From positions 32,163 through 96,162 of the IMG/VR virus record IMGVR_UViG_3300033068_000989: a stretch of DNA of 64,000 nucleotides. One strand, 5' to 3'. Source of the DNA: a virus. Lineage: Duplodnaviria; Caudoviricetes. Positions 10,711 through 17,999 of the stretch are shown piece after piece. The notes under the pieces were generated by a model. That model had not been told where the DNA came from. It saw only the letters and a program-made list of their open reading frames with translations, and ran no database searches. How positions within the stretch are numbered: position 1 is the stretch's first letter; each line of letters begins with the position of its first letter. A program made the translations under genes and the position numbers.

Positions 10711-10744
10711 TAATCCTTTTGAATATAATCTATAAAAATAAAAG

Positions 10745-11311
10745 ATGATTGATGAGAATATAATGAACAAAATTATTGCATATGATTTAACACTAGATCA
10801 AGCATTTATACTATACTGTAAATCGTCAGGAGCTAAATTTCTTACATATTATAGGCCACCTGCTAATGAGTACGATAAATTAATATTCTATGAGTACTTA
10901 GGTATTAATAGAACACTTACAAAAAAAGGTGTAGATTTATGTAAAGAATTATTTTCAGAAGGTAATTATGACAAAAGTATAGACGATGCATTTGAAATTT
11001 GGTGGCAAACATATCCAAGTAATGATGCTCATGGAAATTACTCTGCAAGAAGATTGATTAGATCAGGATCTAAACAAAAAATAAAAGCACTTTATATTAG
11101 TGCAATAAATAAATATAAACTGTCTACAGATGATATGCTAAAGTCTCTGAAAAATGAAATTGAATTTAGAAAGAACGCATCTACTAAAGATAATACCCTT
11201 TCTTTTATGCAAGCTCCCACTAAATGGCTAACTGAAGAATCTTATTTATTAAATTACGGCTCATCTGAAAATACCTCTAAATTTTCAGAGTATGGAAAGA
11301 GCGTCAACTAG
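10745..11311 (+). CDS. Putative replication initiator / helicase-loader-like protein
   Basis: FEIWWQTYP...FMQAPTKWL pattern typical of phage replication-initiator C-terminal domains; directly upstream of DnaB. Confidence 0.5.
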   Translation: MIDENIMNKIIAYDLTLDQAFILYCKSSGAKFLTYYRPPANEYDKLIFYEYLGINRTLTKKGVDLCKELFSEGNYDKSIDDAFEIWWQTYPSNDAHGNYSARRLIRSGSKQKIKALYISAINKYKLSTDDMLKSLKNEIEFRKNASTKDNTLSFMQAPTKWLTEESYLLNYGSSENTSKFSEYGKSVN

Positions 11312-12299
11312 AAAGGGATTAAAAGTAGAACATTATTCAGAGAAAATAGAACAGGCTAAAGTGTTTATTCGTAAAAGAATGAATAATGAAGCTCCATCTT
11401 TAAAAACATCATTTAAAAAACTAAACGATGCATTATTTGAAGGATTTGAATGGAATAGAATTGTAACAATTGCTGGGTTAAGTGCCAGTGGTAAGAGTTT
11501 ATTATTATCACAAATACGTAGAGATGTGGTAGACTATAACCCTAATGAGAAACTGAATATCTTAGCATTTGAAATGGAGATGCTAGGGGTCGATCAAGTT
11601 TCGCGAGATATTTCTTCTAAGACTGACTTAACTACTCGAGAACTTTACTCTGCTGGTTCTAAGTTAACAGAACAACAATACGACACCGTATGTAAAACAG
11701 CTGATAAAATGAAATATTATCCTATATTCATTGTGGATGATGTAGGAACTGTAGATGAAATTGTTCATACGATCCTCAATTTCGTGGAGGAGAACAAACT
11801 AATCGAAGAAAATAGAGGACTAATTTGTACGTTTGACCACAGTTTATTAGTGAAAGGTACAGTAGGTGAAGATCAAGAGAAATTAATTATAGATAAGTTA
11901 TACAAGACATTAATTCAATTAAAGAAATATTTCGAAACCATAAAACTAAAATCTTTATTCATAGTTCTATCACAGTTAAACAGGAGTATTGAAGAACCTC
12001 AAAGGATTACTAATCCAATGTTACATTACCCTACCAAAAATGATCTATTCGCATCCTCAGCTGCATTTTATTGTTCAGATTATGTGATAATTACACATAA
12101 ACCAGCAGGTATAGAAGGACTTGGCTCATATTATGGGCCATCTAGAGGAGAGGATTATCCATACGGATTGCCAGTATTTAATCCTAAAGATCCTCAACGT
12201 GCTATGATTTATTGGCACATAATTAAAGCAAGGTTTTCTTCATCACAGATCCTTATGATGGTGGAGAATTTTAAACACTCTAAAATAGAGGAGTATTAA
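11292..12299 (+). CDS. dnaB: DnaB-like replicative helicase (RecA-fold domain)
   Basis: IAGLSASGKS, FEMEM, FDHSLL, LSQLNRSIE, IIKAR. Confidence 0.9.
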   Translation: MERASTRKGLKVEHYSEKIEQAKVFIRKRMNNEAPSLKTSFKKLNDALFEGFEWNRIVTIAGLSASGKSLLLSQIRRDVVDYNPNEKLNILAFEMEMLGVDQVSRDISSKTDLTTRELYSAGSKLTEQQYDTVCKTADKMKYYPIFIVDDVGTVDEIVHTILNFVEENKLIEENRGLICTFDHSLLVKGTVGEDQEKLIIDKLYKTLIQLKKYFETIKLKSLFIVLSQLNRSIEEPQRITNPMLHYPTKNDLFASSAAFYCSDYVIITHKPAGIEGLGSYYGPSRGEDYPYGLPVFNPKDPQRAMIYWHIIKARFSSSQILMMVENFKHSKIEEY

Positions 12300-12317
12300 C
12301 TAATTAAATAAACTAAA

Positions 12318-12428
12318 ATGAGTTTATCAGATTTTATAACACTTGTAGTAATAATTAATTTTGCTACAGTGTTTATCCGAATATGACTACTTAAAGTCAC
12401 AAAATGAATAAAAGAATTATTGGTATAG
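12318..12428 (+). CDS. Possible 36-aa membrane peptide with in-frame TGA codons
   Basis: MSLSDFITLVVIINFATVFIRI*LLKVTK*IKELLV; TGA at 12384 and 12405; A-rich leader. Confidence 0.35.
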
Positions 12429-13078
12429 TAGGTAAATCGGGAACAGGTAAATCTACTTCAATAGAAACACTTGATCCGAAATCTACTTATATTATTAATG
12501 TATTAGGTAAAGCCTTACCATTTAAAGGATCTGAAAAATTATATAACACAACAAATAAAAATATAGCAGATATTTCATCTTACGACCAAATCATAACTGT
12601 ATTAAAAAAGATATCAGACGACAGGCCTGATATTAAAACAGTAGTAATAGAAGATGCCGGATATATAATGTTCATAGAAGAGTTCAGAAGAGCTAATGAA
12701 ACAGGGTATAGCAAATTTTCGGACATGGCGAATCATATGTATCAAATAATGACTACTGCTAAACATTGCAGGGAAGATTTAAATATAGTTTTTGTATTTC
12801 ACGAAAACTTAGAAGTAAAAGATGGATATGGTCTAATAAGAGAAATCAAATTAGGTGGTAAAATGATTAAAGAAAAATTCTCTCCTGAAGAAAATCTAAC
12901 AATGATATTGTATACAAAGGTAGAGTATGATCCAGTTGCTAAACAAAGTAAATATTCATTTATCACTAATACTACGGATGTATATCCGGCTAAATCACCG
13001 AAAGGTATGTTCGATACATTCGAAATACCTAACGACCTTAATTACGTAATTAACAAGGCTAACGAATATTATTCGTAG
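12404..13078 (+). CDS. AAA-family ATPase (Sak4/AAA_24-like)
   Basis: GKSGTGKSTS Walker A, VVIEDAGY, PAKSPKGMF...IPNDL. Confidence 0.85.
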   Translation: MNKRIIGIVGKSGTGKSTSIETLDPKSTYIINVLGKALPFKGSEKLYNTTNKNIADISSYDQIITVLKKISDDRPDIKTVVIEDAGYIMFIEEFRRANETGYSKFSDMANHMYQIMTTAKHCREDLNIVFVFHENLEVKDGYGLIREIKLGGKMIKEKFSPEENLTMILYTKVEYDPVAKQSKYSFITNTTDVYPAKSPKGMFDTFEIPNDLNYVINKANEYYS

Positions 13079-13114
13079 TCTTTATTGAATATAGTGACTA
13101 AAAATTAATTCACT

Positions 13115-13693
13115 ATGCAAACTAATCTATTTGGAAAAGACCTCTTAAATAAAATGAATACAGGAGGAAATGGCACAAAAATACCGAAAGGTATTCACTC
13201 TAAAATTAAATTGAAGGATATCGAAATAACTGACACTTATGTCGATATATGGTTCGAGAATCCTGAAGATGGCAAGACCATAAATAAACGACTATGGATC
13301 CCAGATATAAACAAAACAACTGCTAAAGAAGGGATGTCCGTTCAGGAAACGATTGAACTTAGAGTACACCAAGCTCTTTATCATCTACTAGATCTATCAC
13401 AACATATGATAGGAACAGAAACAACTGCTAATATTCCTATAGGAGATTTAAAAAGTACTGCGGCAGCTATTAGAACACTACTAATGCCGTACAGTAATAG
13501 CAAGTTTCTAAATCTTAAAGTAGTTACAACACAAGACGGTAAATATCCAGAGATTTCTAACTTTGTAGGCTATCTAGAACCTTATGTAGAAGGTAAAGAA
13601 CCTACTCTTGAATTTAAACCATCGGAATTATCTAGGATGCATCAGTCATCTATTCCAGATATGCCCGCATCAGATACAACAAATATAGTATAA
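13115..13693 (+). CDS. Hypothetical protein, possibly ssDNA-binding
   Basis: Position between Sak4-like ATPase and primase; beta-rich N-terminus; function inferred from context only. Confidence 0.45.
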   Translation: MQTNLFGKDLLNKMNTGGNGTKIPKGIHSKIKLKDIEITDTYVDIWFENPEDGKTINKRLWIPDINKTTAKEGMSVQETIELRVHQALYHLLDLSQHMIGTETTANIPIGDLKSTAAAIRTLLMPYSNSKFLNLKVVTTQDGKYPEISNFVGYLEPYVEGKEPTLEFKPSELSRMHQSSIPDMPASDTTNIV

Positions 13694-13694
13694 C

Positions 13695-14744
13695 ATGAAA
13701 GGAAAAGATCTGTTTGAATCAATTTTAAACGAACAAAATATTTTGTTACGTATTAGTGATGAACAGATATTTTCTAGGTATATATGTAAAGTTCAAAACT
13801 CATTGTCTTCTCCATTTAGAGTAGATAAGAAGAACTCTTGTGGATTCTATAAGAATAATAAGGGTAGGTATATCTTGCATGACTTCTCTACTGGACAAAG
13901 TTGGGGAGCAATATATGCTGTAATGGAGAAGACTAAAATGAGCTATGCAGAAGTTCTTAAGATGATAAACAAAGATTTTGAATTGCGGTTAGATACTCTT
14001 AATCCTGTAAATAAAGTCAGAGAACTTCAAATAGAAGAAACAAAACCAGTAAATAACATATCATATAGTATTAAACCATACGAGAAAAAAGAAATAGAAT
14101 ATTGGGAACAATACGGAATTACTTCTAATACATTATTGAAATATGGTGTTTACTGTGTGCAGTCTGTACAGTTTGCAAATTCTTCTTGAAGAGCTACTAA
14201 AAATAATCCTATATTTGTTTACACCACAAAAGATCCAAAAGTATTTAAACTATATCGTCCATTATCAACTAATCAAAAATGGGCAGCAAAGACTAATAGG
14301 TATGTTATATGGGGGCTAACCCAATTACCTAATAAAGGAAGTTTATTAGTAATAACTAAATCATTAAAAGATGTAATGGTATTACATGAGTTAGGAATTC
14401 CAGCAATTAGTCCAGATTCTGAAGTAATTAATATTCCTAATAATATAATTAAGGAACTAAAAAAACGATTCAAGTATGTAGTAAGTATGTATGATTACGA
14501 TACAGCTGGTATAGCAGCTGCAACTAAATTAGATATACACTATATGTTTCTATTTAAAACTAAAGATATTTCAGATTATTATCAGAAATATGGTAAGTAT
14601 AGTACGTACAGAGTACTAAAAAAACTAATATCAAAATCTTATCATAGACATGAAAAATTCTTATTTCACCAAAACTTTATCAGACCTAGCCGACAAAATA
14701 ATAGGAAGTTTAGATTGGGATTCCAAAGAGATATACCCTTCTAA
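13695..14744 (+). CDS. dnaG: DNA primase (DnaG/TOPRIM), 349 aa with in-frame TGA at 14187-14189
   Basis: SPFRVDKKNSCGFY N-domain, EYWEQYGI, then *RATKNNPIFVY...KLYRP...LVITKSLKDVM...YDYDTAG; tracked ORFs 13695..14189 and 14376..14744 are one frame split only by TGA. Confidence 0.9.
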
Positions 14745-14880
14745 AGAAAATGTATTTAATATTTTAGACGATTTAAATAGATATAAATCTAAAGTTATAA
14801 TCATTGGTCAGGATCCGTACTACACACCAAACATGGCTACTGGCAGAGCATTTGATGTACCTGTAGGTACTACAAAACTT
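14650..14880 (+). pseudogene. ung: Uracil-DNA glycosylase family 1, N-terminal fragment
   Basis: IYPSKENVF...KVIIIGQDPY...ATGRAFDVP; similarity stops just before the expected PPSL motif. Confidence 0.85.
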
Positions 14881-14926
14881 AAACACAGCACTGCACCCTG
14901 CCTTGCGGCAAACGTGTGTTATGGGC
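14870..14926 (+). repeat. attC-like site 1 (right half only)
   Basis: Ends GTTATGGGC (14918-14926); left arm missing; acaaaactt at the ung junction also occurs in the loop of site 5. Confidence 0.6.
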
Positions 14927-14984
14927 TGCCGTTCTTTTTCGATATAGCTCTGGGAGGGCTTTGCAAAACCCACAATTAAATAAA

Positions 14985-15278
14985 ATGGTAGAAAACCAAA
15001 ATTTCGGACAAGCTATTGAAGCCTTAAAGCAAGGTAAGAGAGCAGCAAGACAAGGATGGAATGGAAAGGGAATGTTTCTCTTTTTGTTGCCAGCAGGAAC
15101 AGTACCAACCAAAGCAATTCACGACCCTGCATTAAGGGAAGTAATTGAGCAAGAAATTGGTGGAGAAACATTTGAAGCATTGGGAAGTATCCGAATGTTT
15201 ACAGCCGACAAAAAGATTTTGACTGGTTGGCTTGCTTCTCAAACTGATATTCTTTCAGAAGATTGGGTTATCCTGTAA
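14985..15278 (+). CDS. tad2: DUF2829 / Tad2-like anti-defence nucleotide sponge (cassette 1)
   Basis: NFGQAIEALKQGKRAARQGWNGKGMF...GWLASQTDILSEDW; ATG 14985 after an A-rich leader preferred to the tracked start 14916. Confidence 0.8.
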   Translation: MVENQNFGQAIEALKQGKRAARQGWNGKGMFLFLLPAGTVPTKAIHDPALREVIEQEIGGETFEALGSIRMFTADKKILTGWLASQTDILSEDWVIL

Positions 15279-15291
15279 AAATTGTGGGTTT

Positions 15292-15321
15292 CGTAGGACG
15301 GTCTTTCGGGGTCGTCTTACG
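15292..15321 (+). other. 13-bp hairpin with TTCG loop after the Tad2-like gene
   Basis: cgtaggacggtct-ttcg-gggtcgtcttacg, four G-T pairs, no U-tract. Confidence 0.6.
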
Positions 15322-15324
15322 GTT

Positions 15325-15391
15325 GCCCATAACGTTTTGGCTATGCGTTCGGCTGACGATAGGAAGCTGACGTATAGGTGTTGTTAACTAC
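15325..15391 (+). repeat. attC-like site 2
   Basis: GCCCATAAC...ctatgcgt[t]cggct / agctgacgtatag...GTTAACTAC; stem with one bulged T. Confidence 0.8.
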
Positions 15392-15424
15392 TGTGCGACT
15401 TTAATAATTAAAAATATAAATAGA

Positions 15425-15844
15425 ATGAAAAACTTACTTTGGTTAGATGATATTAGAAACCCTTTTTTAAATGAAGAGGGTAAAGTACCAACAGATAAAA
15501 ATGGTGAATACTACAATATAAACTGGGTTTTAAATTACGAACAGTTTGTAAAATGGATTGAAATTTTTGGGTTACCTGATGCAATTTCTTTTGACCACGA
15601 TTTAGCAGATGAACATTATACCCCTGAATACTTTTGGGATAATTACGAGGAAAGTAAAAAGTTTCAAGAATGGCGTGGCAAAAATTACCAAGAAAAAACA
15701 GGAATGGACTGCGCTAAATGGCTTGTGGATTACTGTATGGATAATAAAAAGAAATTGCCTGAAATATACATACACTCTGCAAATCCTGTTGGTGCGGATA
15801 ATATAAAAGGGTTGTTGGATAACTTTGCTAAGCATTGTAGTTAA
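15425..15844 (+). CDS. Cyclic-phosphate-processing receiver (REC)-like protein (cassette 2)
   Basis: LWLDDIRNP, ISFDHDL, KTGMDCAKWL, IHSANPVGADNI; stop codon inside GTAGTTAAC. Confidence 0.75.
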   Translation: MKNLLWLDDIRNPFLNEEGKVPTDKNGEYYNINWVLNYEQFVKWIEIFGLPDAISFDHDLADEHYTPEYFWDNYEESKKFQEWRGKNYQEKTGMDCAKWLVDYCMDNKKKLPEIYIHSANPVGADNIKGLLDNFAKHCS

Positions 15845-15931
15845 CAGGGCATTTACGCTGCCCCGTAATTGAAAAACAAAAGTTGAACAGCGAATTGTCC
15901 GCAGGGGTAGCGTAAATGCCTTGTTAGCGGA
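15837..15931 (+). repeat. attC-like site 3
   Basis: aacagggcatttacgctgcccc / ggggtagcgtaaatgccttgtt, 22-bp stem with two G-T pairs; ends GTTAGCGGA. Confidence 0.85.
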
Positions 15932-15947
15932 TGGTGCGGTAAATTAA

Positions 15948-16160
15948 ATGAAAATGGTAATTGAAAAAGAAATTAAAGTTGGAAGCAAATACAGATTTGT
16001 TTCACAAAGCATTGACGAAGTAGTAACTATTACAGAAAGTCCCATAAAAAATAGTAGAGGCTTTTTGGAATATGGAGCAAGAAACAAAGATGGTATTTAT
16101 CGCATTTGCTTCAATAACGAACTATTCAAATTGGAAATGTCAGATAGCACTTGCCGCTAA
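15948..16160 (+). CDS. Small hypothetical protein (cassette 3)
   Basis: 70 aa; stop codon inside GCCGCTAAC. Confidence 0.7.
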   Translation: MKMVIEKEIKVGSKYRFVSQSIDEVVTITESPIKNSRGFLEYGARNKDGIYRICFNNELFKLEMSDSTCR

Positions 16161-16243
16161 CGGACGGTAGGCAGTTTGGCGACAGTAGCCGAAGTGTTGG
16201 CATTGTGCGGTCGGGCAGCTTGCACAAAACCGCTGTTAGCTGC
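16153..16243 (+). repeat. attC-like site 4 (degenerate stem)
   Basis: GCCGCTAAC...GTTAGCTGC; inner pairing is broken into short hairpins (ttggc/gccga, ttgtgc/gcacaa). Confidence 0.65.
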
Positions 16244-16284
16244 TGCTGCGGTAGATTTAGTAGAAACTTAATTAAAAAACGAAA

Positions 16285-16845
16285 ATGGGAAGTATAAAAG
16301 GACAAAAACATAATCCATACATTGAGGGAAAGTATGCACACTTAAACCCGAATGATGTGGTATTTACGCCCGATTGGTTGGCGAAGCAGATTTGTGGGAT
16401 GTTTGATATTGATGGCAAAGTATTAGAGCCGTGTAAAGGTGAAGGTGCATTTTTGAAATACCTGCCTGAAAATACAGATTGGTGCGAAATTGCAGAAGGT
16501 AGGAATTATTATGACTATAACGAGAAAGTAGATTGGATTGTAACAAACCCACCTTACAGCGATTACAACCGATTTTTAGAACACTCATTTGCATTGGCAG
16601 ACAATATCGTATTACTTGTGCCTGTTGCAAAAATGTTCAAGAGTTTGGGAACTTTGAAACTGATATTTGAATATGGTGGGTTTGTATCAATACATACTTT
16701 ACCAGCAAGTAAGGCAGGTTTCCCATTCGGGTTTCCGTGTGCTGTTTATTATTTGAAACGTGGTTACAAAGGAGAAACTAAAATTGAAATGTTGCAATGT
16801 ATGGATAATGTTCAATCGGAGTTGTTCAGTAGCAGTTGCAGCTAA
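16285..16845 (+). CDS. Small amino (N6-adenine-type) DNA methyltransferase (cassette 4)
   Basis: VFTP, VLEPCKGEGAF (motif I), IVTNPPYS (motif IV); stop codon inside GCAGCTAAC. Confidence 0.85.
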   Translation: MGSIKGQKHNPYIEGKYAHLNPNDVVFTPDWLAKQICGMFDIDGKVLEPCKGEGAFLKYLPENTDWCEIAEGRNYYDYNEKVDWIVTNPPYSDYNRFLEHSFALADNIVLLVPVAKMFKSLGTLKLIFEYGGFVSIHTLPASKAGFPFGFPCAVYYLKRGYKGETKIEMLQCMDNVQSELFSSSCS

Positions 16846-16960
16846 CGTTTTGCGTATATACGCAGTGCAACGAAAACTTAATTTGAAACACAAAACTTGA
16901 AAATATATGAAAAATTTAATTAAAAAACTGAAAGCATTGCGTATATACGCAGTTAGCAGT
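16838..16960 (+). repeat. attC-like site 5 (loop contains a start codon)
   Basis: GCAGCTAAC gttt tgcgtatatacgcagtgc ... gcattgcgtatatacgca GTTAGCAGT. Confidence 0.85.
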
Positions 16961-17056
16961 AGTTGTGAACATTCCTTTTATAGATATGGTATTAGATACG
17001 GGAAAAATTTATATAGATGTAGTCATTGTGGAAAAGAAAAAAGCAATTACTGCTAA
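16907..17056 (+). CDS. 49-aa zinc-ribbon-like peptide starting in site 5 and finishing in cassette 5 (absent from ORF track)
   Basis: MKNLIKKLKALRIYA|VSSSCEHSF...YRCSHCGKEKSNYC; CxH...CxxC; stop codon inside ACTGCTAAC. Confidence 0.7.
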   Translation: MKNLIKKLKALRIYAVSSSCEHSFYRYGIRYGKNLYRCSHCGKEKSNYC

Positions 17057-17290
17057 CGTGCCGAGTGTAAACGTTAGTAAATTAAAATTATAGCACAAAT
17101 GACAAAAAAAGAACTGGCAAAGTGGCTTCACGATAATTACGAAGCAGTTGCAAAAGAACAAAATTGGAATACACAACAAAGTTGCAAGGTAGAGTTTAAC
17201 ACTTTGCCTGATGCTAATAAACGCACAATGATTGAGATAGCAGATAGGCTTCTTAATTTTAATTTATTGCGTTTACACTTTGTTATGAAA
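17049..17290 (+). repeat. attC-like site 6 with a ~160-nt protein-coding loop
   Basis: agtgtaaacg[t]tagtaaattaaaatta / taattttaatttattgcgtttacact, ~26-bp stem with bulged T; ends GTTATGAAA. Confidence 0.8.
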
Positions 17291-17380
17291 TCGTTGCCCG
17301 ATGATTACGAAATTTATCAAAAAGCACACGAGATTGACGAAAAAGACTTTGCTCAATGGATGTACGAACTATTTAGGTAG
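17099..17380 (+). CDS. Hypothetical protein: N-module inside site 6 fused to truncated cassette 6
   Basis: ORF crosses GTT (17282) in frame as Val (...RLHF|VMKS...); ends at the right junction with ung. Confidence 0.7.
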   Translation: MTKKELAKWLHDNYEAVAKEQNWNTQQSCKVEFNTLPDANKRTMIEIADRLLNFNLLRLHFVMKSLPDDYEIYQKAHEIDEKDFAQWMYELFR

Positions 17381-17496
17381 AGCGTATACTATCTAACTCT
17401 AAAAATTGCGGCACTTTCCCGCCATTTAGTGAGATAAATTGTTTTGAACTTGCAAATATTACATTAAAAATATTAAAAAAACCTATATTATGATAG
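17377..17496 (+). pseudogene. ung: Probable uracil-DNA glycosylase C-terminal fragment
   Basis: VERILSNSKNCGTFPPFSEINCFELANITLKILKKPIL-TGA-TAG resembles the UNG tail F...N.F..AN..L.....PI.W-stop. Confidence 0.6.
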
Positions 17497-17999
17497 AAAA
17501 ACATAAGGAGTTAGAATTATATACAATTAATAGGGGATGTTGTTTTGCATCCCCTTTTATATTTGTGTATGGAGCATTAAGAAAAGGACATGCTTTACAT
17601 GATAGATACATATCACCTAGTAGTATATATGTAGGTACATATAGACTGCAAGGATTTATATTAGGAGTAACTGATAGACTATATTCCTGTATGCATACGG
17701 GAAAAGAAACTGATTCAGTTGTTATAGAAATTTATAGAATTGACACTGATTTAAATGATCCATTTAAATCAGACAAGTCTATATATAAATTTGTAGATAT
17801 GTGTCAATGGAACTATAAACTAGATGTATTAGAAGAACGGTATAAAGTAGCTATAATTACAGTAGAGAAAGGTGCTATGCAAATTACAGGAAAATTATAC
17901 TTAAGTGAAAAAGTAAAAACATTATATAAAACTGGTGATGTAAATAATCCTAAGCATTTTGTAGATTATCCATTATTAACTATTAAAAAATCACAATAA
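17490..17999 (+). CDS. Gamma-glutamylcyclotransferase (AIG2-like)
   Basis: IFVYGALRKG..H motif, VVIEIY. Confidence 0.75.
   Translation: MIEKHKELELYTINRGCCFASPFIFVYGALRKGHALHDRYISPSSIYVGTYRLQGFILGVTDRLYSCMHTGKETDSVVIEIYRIDTDLNDPFKSDKSIYKFVDMCQWNYKLDVLEERYKVAIITVEKGAMQITGKLYLSEKVKTLYKTGDVNNPKHFVDYPLLTIKKSQ

Larger units (their letters stand above)
14870..17376 (+). mobile_element. Integron-like gene cassette array (5 complete cassettes + 1 truncated) without integrase, replacing the centre of ung
   Basis: Six recurring TAAC-stem-loop-GTTA sites, cassette-specific complementary cores, co-oriented small ORFs, visibly higher GC than the flanks. Confidence 0.8.

Noticed and set aside
14870-17376. 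CRISPR array, IS element or self-splicing intron/intein in ung
   Set aside because: Repeats are not identical and intervening segments are ~100-600-nt genes; no transposase, RT or homing nuclease; removing the block would not restore ung because its central motifs are missing.
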